Both the position numbers and the translations under genes were made by a program. A stretch of DNA of 64,000 nt from Candidatus Omnitrophota bacterium (lineage in GTDB: Bacteria > Omnitrophota > Gorgyraeia > Duberdicusellales > 4484-171), in the NCBI GenBank assembly GCA_021735655.1, contig JAIPGM010000003.1, forward strand, positions 192,001 to 256,000, written 5' to 3'. Shown piece after piece: positions 1 through 8,845 of this stretch; within the stretch, counting starts at the first letter, position 1, and the number at the start of each line of letters is the position of its first letter. The notes beneath the pieces were generated by a model. That model was not told where the DNA came from. It saw only the letters and a program-made list of their open reading frames with translations, and did no database searches.

Positions 1-1330
1 TATCGGCATGAAAAGTTTTCCTGGCGGAAGGCTGAATGAAGAGTCCAGTGATGGCTTATTTAATAGTATCAAAGGGCTAGGCTTTAAAACTAAGCATTTT
101 AAAACTGGGACTTGCGCTCGACTTGATTCTCGGACGATTAATTTTTCTAAAATGATCGAACAGGTTCCTGATTCTGACGCTGTGCCATTTTCATTTACTA
201 ATAAAAGGATATCCAAAGATGCCTTAAGTTGTTTTATCGCCCACACTAACAAAAAAACTCATAACATAATTAAAAGAAACTTAAAATATTCGCCGCTTTA
301 TTCAGGAAAAATAAAATCTCAAGGCGTGCGTTATTGTCCATCACTTGAAGACAAGGTGGTTAAGTTTTCTGATCGAGACCGTCATCAGGTTTTTATTGAG
401 CCTCAAAGTAGAAATTCTTATGAGGTTTACCCTAACGGAATCTCAACTTCCCTGCCCTATGAGGTTCAAATAAAGTTTATTCAAAGCATAGAAGGTCTAG
501 GAAAGGCTGAAGTTTTACGTCCTGGCTATGGTATCGAGCATGGTTTAATTGATGCCCGAGAGCTTGAACTAACCTTAGAAGCGAAAAAGATCAGCGGGCT
601 TTACTTTGCCGGTCAACTTAACGGAACTACTGGCTATGAAGAAGCAGCCGCTCAAGGTGCGATAGCTGGAATAAATGCTGCATTGTCAGTCAAGAAAAAG
701 AAGCCGTTTATTTTAGCTAGAAATCAAGCTTATATCGGGGTTTTAATTGATGATTTAACCATCAAGGGTACTAATGAGCCTTATCGAATGTTTACCTCGC
801 GTAGTGAGTTTCGTCTTTCTTTGCGTGAAATGAATGCTGATTTACGTCTTGGACCTTTAGCTTATAATTTAGGGCTATTAACTAGAGGTGAGTATAAGCT
901 GATCAGCGATAAGAGGCGGTCGATTGAGGACTGTTTAAAAGAAGCAAAATCTAAAAAGATTTTTTTTCAAGGAAAGCGTCTTTCGCTTCTTGAGATTGTA
1001 AGACGTCCGAAGATAAGTTTTAGTAAGGTGAACAAGCATTTCGATAAATCAGTTGATAACTTAGCGGTTCAGCGCGAAATAGAGGTGGCGGCTAAGTATG
1101 AGAGTTTTCTAATTAGAGAGCTGGCTCAGGCTAAAGAGATAGAAAGGTTTGATCGGGTAAAGTTACCTAAGATGGATTATGCTAAGATTTCATCAATTTC
1201 TAGAGAAATAGTTGAAAAGTTAAAGAAGTTTAAGCCTAAAACCTTAGGTGAGGCTTTGAGAATAAGCGGAGTTACTCCGGCGGCGATTTTAACTATTTAT
1301 AATGAGGTAAAAAAGAAGCAGAAAGTATAG
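1..1330 (+). CDS. mnmG: tRNA uridine 5-carboxymethylaminomethyl modification enzyme MnmG (GidA), C-terminal ~440 aa; the 5' end lies outside the window
   Basis: Motifs VRYCPSLEDKV, DRDRHQVFIEPQS, YPNGISTSLP and GQLNGTTGYEEAAAQG are typical of the MnmG FAD-binding and C-terminal domains. The frame is open to position 1. Confidence 0.85.
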   Translation, partial: IGMKSFPGGRLNEESSDGLFNSIKGLGFKTKHFKTGTCARLDSRTINFSKMIEQVPDSDAVPFSFTNKRISKDALSCFIAHTNKKTHNIIKRNLKYSPLYSGKIKSQGVRYCPSLEDKVVKFSDRDRHQVFIEPQSRNSYEVYPNGISTSLPYEVQIKFIQSIEGLGKAEVLRPGYGIEHGLIDARELELTLEAKKISGLYFAGQLNGTTGYEEAAAQGAIAGINAALSVKKKKPFILARNQAYIGVLIDDLTIKGTNEPYRMFTSRSEFRLSLREMNADLRLGPLAYNLGLLTRGEYKLISDKRRSIEDCLKEAKSKKIFFQGKRLSLLEIVRRPKISFSKVNKHFDKSVDNLAVQREIEVAAKYESFLIRELAQAKEIERFDRVKLPKMDYAKISSISREIVEKLKKFKPKTLGEALRISGVTPAAILTIYNEVKKKQKV

Positions 1331-1353
1331 TTCAGGTTGGTGCTATAAAAGTG

Positions 1354-2454
1354 CTAATTCAATTTTAAATATTTACCAATATACTCGGCAAATTTTTCGC
1401 TTGCTCCGTAAGGAGAGAGGGTTTCTTTTACTTTTTTTAGTTTTTCTTTTAATTGGTTGCATTTCTGATCGTTAGTTAAATAGCTAAAAGTAGCTTTAGC
1501 TATTTTGTTTGAGCTAGCTTCGTTTTGTAATAGTTCATCAACTATCTTTTCTTTTGATAGGATATTAACCATACCGATAAATTTAGTTTTCACTAATTTT
1601 TTTAAAATATGCCAGGTTAATGGATTAACCTTATAAATTATTAAATAAGGTACTTCAAGGATGGCTATCTCTACGGTTGCTGTACCTGAAGAGGCAATGA
1701 TAAATTTTGATTCAGCTAGTGCAAGGTATGAGTGATTAACTATGTCCATATCCGGTGAGAATTGTCGATAGAACTCTTGGCTTAAACTCTCAGGTTTTAT
1801 TATTTGGAATTGATACCCGGGGAGTTGTTTTTCGATAATTTTTTTAGCCTCACTCATAACTGGCAGATGTTTTTTTACTTCGTTTTTGCGTGAGCCAGGC
1901 ATAAATGAAATTATATTTTTTGTTTTTGAGTTTTCAGGTCTCTCAATAATTTCTAAAAGCGGGTGACCAAAGTAAAGAGCATCAATATTTTTAGTTTGAT
2001 AAAAATCTTTTTCAAACTTAAAGATTACTATTATTTGGTCGATAAACTTTTTAATTAAGTTTACCCTTTTTTCTCTCCAAGCCCAAACCTGAGGACTTAC
2101 GTAGTAAAAGACAGGGTATTTTTTATTAATTTTTTTAGCCAATCGAAGATTGAAGTCAGGAAAGTCAATCAATATTACTAAGTCTGGCTTTACTTTTTCT
2201 ATGTGCTCATAAGCTTGGTTAAAGATAGCAAAGATACCTTTCAGAGAAGAGATTACCTCAACCAGTCCGCTTACTGAATGCGCCAGAAGGTTAACTATTT
2301 GTTGAGAGTGTTCAGCAAGCGCCGGCCCACCGAAGGAATCGATTTCAAGGCTTGAGTACTTTTCTTTGAGTTTTTTAGCTAGGAGGCCTCCATAGAGGTC
2401 GCCTGAAGTGTCGCCGGCAATAATGACAATTTTTCTTGTTCCGTCGGGGTTCAT
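1354..2454 (-). CDS. lpxB: lipid-A-disaccharide synthase
   Basis: N-terminal IVIIAGDTSGDLYGG matches the LpxB glycosyltransferase family. At 366 aa the length is typical. It overlaps the upstream oxidoreductase gene by a few nt. Confidence 0.8.
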   Translation of the reverse strand: MNPDGTRKIVIIAGDTSGDLYGGLLAKKLKEKYSSLEIDSFGGPALAEHSQQIVNLLAHSVSGLVEVISSLKGIFAIFNQAYEHIEKVKPDLVILIDFPDFNLRLAKKINKKYPVFYYVSPQVWAWREKRVNLIKKFIDQIIVIFKFEKDFYQTKNIDALYFGHPLLEIIERPENSKTKNIISFMPGSRKNEVKKHLPVMSEAKKIIEKQLPGYQFQIIKPESLSQEFYRQFSPDMDIVNHSYLALAESKFIIASSGTATVEIAILEVPYLIIYKVNPLTWHILKKLVKTKFIGMVNILSKEKIVDELLQNEASSNKIAKATFSYLTNDQKCNQLKEKLKKVKETLSPYGASEKFAEYIGKYLKLN

Positions 2455-2457
2455 TAT

Positions 2458-3393
2458 TTACTTTGCAATGTTCCTTTGGATTTTTAAGGCAAGGCCGAGG
2501 GCATCTTTTGCTTTTTCGGCATATTCAGTTTTATATTTTTTAGCTTTCACTAATTTTATGAATTCAGAAATTTCTTTTTTTAACGGCTCTTCCTTATTAA
2601 TCCCCAGCGATTTCTTTACTATTTTTTCACCTAACTTTTGATAGATTTCAACTTCTTGATTGGCATAGTCTAAAGATACATAAAGGTTTGACATAAAAAT
2701 TCTGATTTTTCTTTCTCGCTTGGCTGATATTCTTGAAGAAGTGATATTAGCCACACAGCCTTTTTTAAACTCAAGACGCACATTGGCGATATCATCGGAG
2801 GCCGAGAGAACCTTTACTCCTTTGGCTTGAACTTTTTTTACTTCATCTCTTACCAAATCAAGAATTATGTCTAAATCATGAATCATTAGATCTAAAACTA
2901 CACTGATGTCCAGTGAGCGGTTGGGGTAAGGGTTTAGGCGATGACATTCGATAAATAAGGGATTTTTAATAAATTCTTTCACGGCTAGATAGGCGCTGTT
3001 GTACCGCTCAACATGGCCAACAAAAAGAAGAGTGCGCATTTTTCTCGATAGATTAACTAGCTCTTCGGCTTCTTTTAAATTTTGAGTTAGCGGTTTTTCA
3101 ACTAAGACTGGAATCCGATGATTTAAGAAGAACTTGGCGATTTCAAAGTGGCTGGTAGTGGGGGTAGCAATACTTACTAAGTCTACCTTGTCTTTTAGTT
3201 CTTTATAGTCTTTAAATGAGGGGCAATTGTTGTTATTTTTAAGCGTAGTTTCATTGGTGTCAACAAGGTAGATATTCGCTATCCCTTTGATTTCCTTATA
3301 TATACGCAGGTGGATACTGCCTAGTTTGCCTATTCCGATGACTCCTACCTTTAACATAGGACCTATCTTATCAAATCGCTTGTGAAAAGTCAA
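2458..3393 (-). CDS. Gfo/Idh/MocA-family NAD(P)-dependent oxidoreductase. The true start is probably the internal Met (MLKVGVIGIGKLGS, near 3360). It is co-operonic with lpxB.
   Basis: Rossmann motif VGVIGIGKLG lies near the N-terminus and the fold is Gfo/Idh/MocA-like. Its stop abuts the lpxB start. Confidence 0.7.
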   Translation of the reverse strand: MTFHKRFDKIGPMLKVGVIGIGKLGSIHLRIYKEIKGIANIYLVDTNETTLKNNNNCPSFKDYKELKDKVDLVSIATPTTSHFEIAKFFLNHRIPVLVEKPLTQNLKEAEELVNLSRKMRTLLFVGHVERYNSAYLAVKEFIKNPLFIECHRLNPYPNRSLDISVVLDLMIHDLDIILDLVRDEVKKVQAKGVKVLSASDDIANVRLEFKKGCVANITSSRISAKRERKIRIFMSNLYVSLDYANQEVEIYQKLGEKIVKKSLGINKEEPLKKEISEFIKLVKAKKYKTEYAEKAKDALGLALKIQRNIAK

Positions 3394-3409
3394 TTGATGT
3401 GATACAATT

Positions 3410-5209
3410 TTGGCTATGAAAAATTACTTAAAACTACTAAAATTCTTAAGACCACAGCTGGGAATTTTTTGTATTGCTTTGCTGGCGACTGCAATTTCTG
3501 CGGCCTTAAACGGAATAACCATTCTTTCAATTTTACCCTTAGTTGATATTGTTTTTACCGGTAAACAGATAATAATTCCTACTACTTTGCCGCCATTTCT
3601 CTCAGGTTTAGTGGATAAGCTAAATGCTGTTGATCCGGCCGTCTTATTTAAGGTCTTGGTTATCTCTATTGTGCCTTATTTCTTTGTTAAAGGAATATTT
3701 TTCTGGCTTCAAGGTTATTTAATGAATGCGGTGGCCTATCGTACGGTAAGAGAGGTAAGGAATAAGCTTTTTCAGAAACTTCAGGAACTTTCTTTGGCTT
3801 TTTACTCACGTCAGAGAACCGGAGAGCTAATGAGTCGGATTACTAATGACGTTGGATGTATTAATAATGCGATTTCTTTTGCTTTCAGAGATTTAATTCA
3901 TGAATCGTTTCGTTTCCTTATTTATGTCGGGTTTGCTTTTGCTATTGGCGGAAAGGTAGCCTTAATAACGGTTATTTTTCTACCGTTAATTGTTATGCCA
4001 ATAGCTAGAATTGGCAGGCGGCTTAAAAAAATATCAACTCAGACTCAGGAAAAAGTGGCTGATATAAGTTCATTGCTTTCTGAGACTATTTCTGGAGTGA
4101 GAATAGTTAAGGCTTTTTCAATGGAAGATTATGAGCTAGGCAGATTTAAAGCGCAGAATCAGCGTTATTTTAGCTACTTGATGAAGGCAACTAAAAGAAT
4201 GCTTTTGTCTACTCCGATTTCTGAGATGGCTGGAGCAATAGCCACAACGGTTATTCTAGCTATTTGGGGAAGGGAGGTAGCTCGGGGTAATATTTCCTTT
4301 GGTGGCTTTAGCGTGGTCATGGGTTCACTTATGTCTTTAATGCAGCCGCTAAAGAAGTTAACCGGAGTTCACTTTACTACTCAGCAGGGTTTAGCTGCTA
4401 ATAAGCGTATTTACGAGATACTTGATACTGAAGTTTTAGTTAAGGATTCAGTTGGTGCCATCGATATACCGATTTTAAAAGATAAGATTGTTTTTAAGGA
4501 TGTTTGGTTTAAATATGAGGGTTCTTCAGAAGATGTTCTAAGTGGCACTAACCTTGAGGTTAAAAGAGGCGAGATGATAGCTGTGGTTGGCCCTTCGGGG
4601 GCCGGAAAAACCACCATGATAAATCTAATTCCTCGTTTTTATGATCCTTATAAGGGGAGTATTTTGTTTGACGGGAAAAATATAAAGGATGCAAGTTTAA
4701 AATCTGTGCGCAATCTTGTCGGTATGGTTACTCAAGAGATGATTCTTTTTAACGATACAATAAGAGCTAATATTGCTTACGGAAATCAGGATACTACTAA
4801 TCAACAGATTGAAGAGGCAGCTAAAAAAGCCTCAGCCCATGAGTTTATCATGAACTTGCCGGAAAAATATGATACAGTTATCGGCGATAGAGGATTTAGG
4901 CTTTCTGGTGGTGAGAAGCAGAGAGTGGCAATTGCCCGGGCTATTCTAAAAGATGCGCCGATATTAATCTTAGACGAAGCCACTAGCAATCTTGATTCAG
5001 CCTCAGAACAGTTGGTAAAAGATGCCCTTTACACCTTAATGCAAGGGAAGACTTCTTTTGTTATTGCTCATCGACTTTCTACAGTCCAAAAGGCCGATAA
5101 AATCGTAGTTTTAGACAAGGGAAATATTGTCGGAATAGGAACGCACGCCCACCTTATCGAGACCAATTCCCTTTATAAAAAGCTGCATGATTTGCAGTTT
5201 AATGCCTAA
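3410..5209 (+). CDS. msbA: ABC transporter with fused permease and ATPase, a lipid A/LPS exporter of the MsbA type
   Basis: Six predicted N-terminal TM helices, Walker A GPSGAGKTT, ABC signature LSGGEKQRVAIARA and Walker B ILILDEAT. It neighbours lpxB. Confidence 0.8.
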   Translation: MAMKNYLKLLKFLRPQLGIFCIALLATAISAALNGITILSILPLVDIVFTGKQIIIPTTLPPFLSGLVDKLNAVDPAVLFKVLVISIVPYFFVKGIFFWLQGYLMNAVAYRTVREVRNKLFQKLQELSLAFYSRQRTGELMSRITNDVGCINNAISFAFRDLIHESFRFLIYVGFAFAIGGKVALITVIFLPLIVMPIARIGRRLKKISTQTQEKVADISSLLSETISGVRIVKAFSMEDYELGRFKAQNQRYFSYLMKATKRMLLSTPISEMAGAIATTVILAIWGREVARGNISFGGFSVVMGSLMSLMQPLKKLTGVHFTTQQGLAANKRIYEILDTEVLVKDSVGAIDIPILKDKIVFKDVWFKYEGSSEDVLSGTNLEVKRGEMIAVVGPSGAGKTTMINLIPRFYDPYKGSILFDGKNIKDASLKSVRNLVGMVTQEMILFNDTIRANIAYGNQDTTNQQIEEAAKKASAHEFIMNLPEKYDTVIGDRGFRLSGGEKQRVAIARAILKDAPILILDEATSNLDSASEQLVKDALYTLMQGKTSFVIAHRLSTVQKADKIVVLDKGNIVGIGTHAHLIETNSLYKKLHDLQFNA

Positions 5210-5377
5210 AGCTTTCGGGGCATAATATATATTGAATATATTAAGAAGTATGATATACTTTGAGTCAAGATTGCCAACGGTCAAGAGGAGGAAATTGGCT
5301 GTCTGGTAAGGTAAAATACTGCCCAATGAGGCAAAAAAGCTCACAAATATTAAGTTCAAGTAAGGAGGAAGAAACTA

Positions 5378-6196
5378 ATGGCGTTACCCGATCTTATTAA
5401 AAACTTACTAGAAAGTGGCGTTCACTTCGGCCATTTGAGTAAGCATTGGAATCCCAAGATGAAGCGATTTATTTTCGGGAAGAAGAAGAATGTCTATATT
5501 ATTGACTTAGAGAAAACAGCTCTAAAGTTACAGGAAGCAAAAGATTTTGCAAAAGAGAAGGCGAAGCTGAGCGAGAAAATTCTGTTCGTAGGGACTAAGA
5601 AGCAACTACGTGGAGAAATGAGGCAGCTAGCGACTTCTTGTAGCATGCCTTATGTGGTAGAGCGTTGGGTTGGTGGTTTGCTTACCAATTTTTCCACAGT
5701 AAGGACTAGGGTGAATAAGTATTTAGAACTTATTGAGAAAAGAGACACTGGTAAGTTTGAGACAATGATGAAAAAGGAAGTGGTACGCTTAAACCGGGAT
5801 ATAGAGAGAATGGAAAAGGTTTATAGTGGGGTTACCACAATGGATGGGCTACCGGGTTGTGTTTTCATCATTGATCCTAAAAAAGAGATGGCTTGTGTGA
5901 GAGAGGCCCGTAAGCTTTCCATACCGATTATTGCCTTGATTGACACTGATGCTGATCCGGAAATGATCGATTATCCGATACCGGGTAATGACGATTCAAT
6001 AAAATCGGTAAAGTATATAGTTTCTTGTTTGGTTGATGCGGTTAATGAGGGACAAAAGGCAGCAACCGATTTAACCAAACAGGTAAAAACTGAGGAATCT
6101 AAAAAAAGCCCAGCCAAAGAAAATAAGGCTTCTAGCGAAGGGTCCCAAGAGGAAAAGTTAGAAGAAGATCAGAAAAAAACCGAAAAAAAAGCATAG
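5378..6196 (+). CDS. rpsB: 30S ribosomal protein S2
   Basis: N-terminus LLESGVHFGHLSKHWNPKM is the S2 signature. The RBS AAGGAGG sits upstream. Confidence 0.93.
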   Translation: MALPDLIKNLLESGVHFGHLSKHWNPKMKRFIFGKKKNVYIIDLEKTALKLQEAKDFAKEKAKLSEKILFVGTKKQLRGEMRQLATSCSMPYVVERWVGGLLTNFSTVRTRVNKYLELIEKRDTGKFETMMKKEVVRLNRDIERMEKVYSGVTTMDGLPGCVFIIDPKKEMACVREARKLSIPIIALIDTDADPEMIDYPIPGNDDSIKSVKYIVSCLVDAVNEGQKAATDLTKQVKTEESKKSPAKENKASSEGSQEEKLEEDQKKTEKKA

Positions 6197-6238
6197 AGAT
6201 CCAGTTCGCGGATATCTACAACTTCAAGGAGGACGAGG

Positions 6239-6763
6239 ATGAGCCTAACCGATATTAAAAAATTAAGAGATATGACCTCTCTAGGTATTAATGATTGCAA
6301 AAAAGCCTTATCGGAATCAAAGGGTGACTTTAGTAAGGCTTTAGAGATTTTAAGGAATAAAGGTGTGCAAACTTTAAAAAATAAGAGTTCACGAAGTGCA
6401 ACCCAAGGTCGCATAGAGTCATATGTTCATTTTGGAGGCAATCTTGGCGTATTGGTTGAGATAAATTGCGAAACTGATTTTGTTGCTCGAACCGATGTAT
6501 TTAAGGCTTTTGTCAAAGATATCGCAATGCAAATTGCTGCTGCTAGTCCGGAGTACATAAAAAAAGAAGATATTCCTAAAGAAATTTTGGAACCAATTGA
6601 AGATAAAGATGCATATTGTAAACAGCATTGCCTTATCGATCAGTCCTTTATAAAGAATAGCAAGCTTTCAGTTGCTCAATATCTTCACGAGGTAGTATCA
6701 AAAACTGGAGAGAATGTTGTAATCAAAAGGTTTATTCGTTTTTCTTTAGGAGAAGAAGCTTAG
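6239..6763 (+). CDS. tsf: elongation factor Ts (short form)
   Basis: N-terminal UBA-like LRDMTSLGINDCKKAL. The rpsB-tsf-pyrH-frr order is conserved. Confidence 0.88.
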   Translation: MSLTDIKKLRDMTSLGINDCKKALSESKGDFSKALEILRNKGVQTLKNKSSRSATQGRIESYVHFGGNLGVLVEINCETDFVARTDVFKAFVKDIAMQIAAASPEYIKKEDIPKEILEPIEDKDAYCKQHCLIDQSFIKNSKLSVAQYLHEVVSKTGENVVIKRFIRFSLGEEA

Positions 6764-6779
6764 AGGTTTTTTAGGTTGA

Positions 6780-7496
6780 TTGATGAAGGCTAAATATAAA
6801 AGAATTCTTCTTAAACTAAGTGGAGAGGCGTTTCAAGGGAAATATTCACACGGAATCGATAGTTCAGTCTGCGCTCTTTTAGCTAAACAGATTAAAGAGA
6901 TAGTAGAATTAGGCACTGAGATAGCTTTGGTGGTTGGTGGTGGAAATATCTTTCGCGGGGTGCCGAAATCTACTGAGTTTCAAATGCAGCGAACCGTTGC
7001 CGATTATATGGGAATGTTGGCGACTGTCTTGAATGGTTTAGCTCTTCAGAATGCTTTAGAGAATCAAGGCATTACAACTAGAGTTATGACTTCGATTGGA
7101 ATGGAAAGAATTGCTGAGCCTTATATTCGCAGGCGCGCCGTTAGACACCTAGAGAAAAAGAGGGTAGTAATATTTGTTGCCGGCACTGGCAATCCTTATT
7201 TTACCACTGATACGGCAGCAGCTTTAAAGGGAGTTGAAATTGGCGTTGATGTATTGTTTAAGGCAACTAAGGTAGATGGCGTATATTCATCGGATCCTTT
7301 TAAAAACAAAAAAGCCAAAATGTTTAAGAACTTGAAATATATGGAAGTGATCAGTAAAGAGTTAAAAATAATGGACTCAACAGCAGTTACTTTATGTATG
7401 GAAAATAAGTTACCGATAATTGTTTTCAATTTTTTAAAGAAAGATAATTTAAAAAAAGTAGTTTGTGGTAGCGATTTAGGAACTCTAATTACTTAA
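6780..7496 (+). CDS. pyrH: UMP kinase
   Basis: KRILLKLSGEAF and the VVGGGNIFRG amino-acid kinase motifs. Confidence 0.92.
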   Translation: MMKAKYKRILLKLSGEAFQGKYSHGIDSSVCALLAKQIKEIVELGTEIALVVGGGNIFRGVPKSTEFQMQRTVADYMGMLATVLNGLALQNALENQGITTRVMTSIGMERIAEPYIRRRAVRHLEKKRVVIFVAGTGNPYFTTDTAAALKGVEIGVDVLFKATKVDGVYSSDPFKNKKAKMFKNLKYMEVISKELKIMDSTAVTLCMENKLPIIVFNFLKKDNLKKVVCGSDLGTLIT

Positions 7497-7508
7497 GCGG
7501 AGGCAGAT

Positions 7509-8069
7509 ATGATTGCAAAACAAGTTCTTAGTGAAATAGAGGCAACTATGAAGAAGGGGATTGAAGCAACTAAACGAGAGTTGTCTGAGCTCCGTTCAGG
7601 GCGGGCAAATCCGAAGATGGTCGAAGGGGTAAGGGTTAATTATTATGGAACGCCAACCTTACTAAAAGAAATAGCCACTATTGGTGTTCCTGAGGCCAGG
7701 ATGGTAGTTATACATGCTTATGACCCGACATCTTTGAAAGAGATTGAGAAAGCAATATTGCAATCAGAGTTAGGTATTACCCCGGTGAATGACGGAAAGA
7801 TTATCCGTTTAATTGTCCCCCCTCTAAGTGAAGAAAGGCGGGAGGAATTAATAAAGATAGTGAAGAAAGTTGTTGAGGAAGGTAAGGTGTCGATTAGAAC
7901 TGTGAGAAGAGATGGTAAAGAGAGGATAAAACAACTCGAAAAAGATAAAAAGATTTCTGAAGATGAACGATTTAAGTCTGAGGAAGACCTTCAGAAGCTG
8001 ACCGATAAATCGATAAAAGATTTAGAAGTTATTTTAGAAGAGAAAGAAAAAGAATTGAAAGAATTTTAA
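7509..8069 (+). CDS. frr: ribosome recycling factor
   Basis: 186 aa with RRF-family motifs (LSELRSGRANP, SIRTVRRD). Confidence 0.9.
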   Translation: MIAKQVLSEIEATMKKGIEATKRELSELRSGRANPKMVEGVRVNYYGTPTLLKEIATIGVPEARMVVIHAYDPTSLKEIEKAILQSELGITPVNDGKIIRLIVPPLSEERREELIKIVKKVVEEGKVSIRTVRRDGKERIKQLEKDKKISEDERFKSEEDLQKLTDKSIKDLEVILEEKEKELKEF

Positions 8070-8073
8070 CTAT

Positions 8074-8146
8074 GGGCCGCTAGCTCAGTTGGTAGAGCAC
8101 CGCCCTTTTAAGGCGGCTGTCCCCAGTTCGACCCTGGGGCGGCTCA
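8074..8146 (+). tRNA. tRNA-Lys (anticodon UUU)
   Basis: Hand-folded cloverleaf. Acceptor GGGCCGC/GCGGCUC, D-arm GCUC..GAGC, anticodon stem CCGCC/GGCGG with loop CUUUUAA, T-loop TTCGACC. No encoded CCA. Confidence 0.8.
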
Positions 8147-8154
8147 CTTGTTAC

Positions 8155-8236
8155 GCCGCGGTGGCGGAACTGGCAGACGCGCATGGCTTAGGACCATGTC
8201 TCGTAAGGGGTGGGAGTTCGACTCTCCCCCGCGGCA
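8155..8236 (+). tRNA. tRNA-Leu (anticodon UAG), class II with a long variable arm
   Basis: Acceptor GCCGCGG/CCGCGGC, anticodon stem CATGG/CCATG with loop CTTAGGA, long variable arm, T-loop GTTCGAC. No encoded CCA. Confidence 0.75.
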
Positions 8237-8249
8237 TTTGTAGTTTTTC

Positions 8250-8323
8250 GCGGGGGTAGCTCAATCGGCTAGAGCGTCACGTTGCCAACGTGAAGGTTGA
8301 GGGTTCGATTCCCTTCCTCCGCT
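8250..8323 (+). tRNA. tRNA-Gly (anticodon GCC)
   Basis: Acceptor GCGGGGG/CCTCCGC, anticodon stem TCACG/CGTGA with loop TTGCCAA, T-loop TTCGATT. It is followed by a T7 run. Confidence 0.8.
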
Positions 8324-8347
8324 GTTTTTTTAGTTTAAAATTCAATA

Positions 8348-8818
8348 ATGAACGTTTTAGATTATTTAGATTCAGAAAGCATTATTTTAGGTTTAAAAGC
8401 CAAAAATAAAAAGGCTGCTGTTTCGTCTATGCTTGATTATCTTGTTCAAAAAAAGAAGATAACCAAGGATGACAAAAAAACTATTGCCCGGGCCATATTT
8501 CGTCGAGAAGAAATGGGCTCTACCGCGATTGGAAACCACATAGCATTTCCCCACGCTCGAGTGAATTCGGTTAAAGATATTATCATCTGCGTAGGAGTAT
8601 CTAAAGAAGGGGTTGATTTTGATTCTTTAGACCAAGAACCAGTTAGCATTATTGCTTTACTTTTATCGAACCAGAGTGAAGCGGGTTTACATCTTAAAAT
8701 GTTGGCTTTCTTGGCACGAATGTTGCGGGATAAATATCTCGTTCAGAGATTGAAGAACGCAAAAAGTCAGACTGAAGTCATAGCGTTGTTGCGTCAGCAA
8801 CAGCAAGCGATTGGTTAG
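8348..8818 (+). CDS. ptsN: PTS EIIA-Ntr nitrogen regulatory protein (PtsN, EIIA type-2 fold)
   Basis: STAIGNHIAFPHARV contains the phospho-acceptor His motif of the EIIA fructose/Ntr family. Length is 156 aa. Confidence 0.8.
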   Translation: MNVLDYLDSESIILGLKAKNKKAAVSSMLDYLVQKKKITKDDKKTIARAIFRREEMGSTAIGNHIAFPHARVNSVKDIIICVGVSKEGVDFDSLDQEPVSIIALLLSNQSEAGLHLKMLAFLARMLRDKYLVQRLKNAKSQTEVIALLRQQQQAIG

Positions 8819-8845
8819 AGGAAAATCTTTTTAAAGTAAAAAAGT

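Noticed and set aside
2408-2641. + strand 77-aa ORF spanning the lpxB/oxidoreductase junction
   Set aside because: It is antisense to two conserved genes and its hydrophobic, low-complexity translation is typical of a shadow frame.
4411-5359. Minus-strand track ORFs inside msbA (4411-4617, 4801-4989) and in the rpsB leader (5111-5359)
   Set aside because: They are antisense to a well-supported ABC transporter or lie in an AT-rich leader. None has an RBS or a recognisable family, so they are typical shadow ORFs.
5210-5377. 168-nt rpsB leader, examined for an S2 autoregulatory structure, a small ORF or an ncRNA
   Set aside because: Only repeated GTCAAG words and a weak TTGAAT…TATGAT promoter-like stretch were found. 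There is nothing I can fold convincingly by eye, so it is left unannotated.
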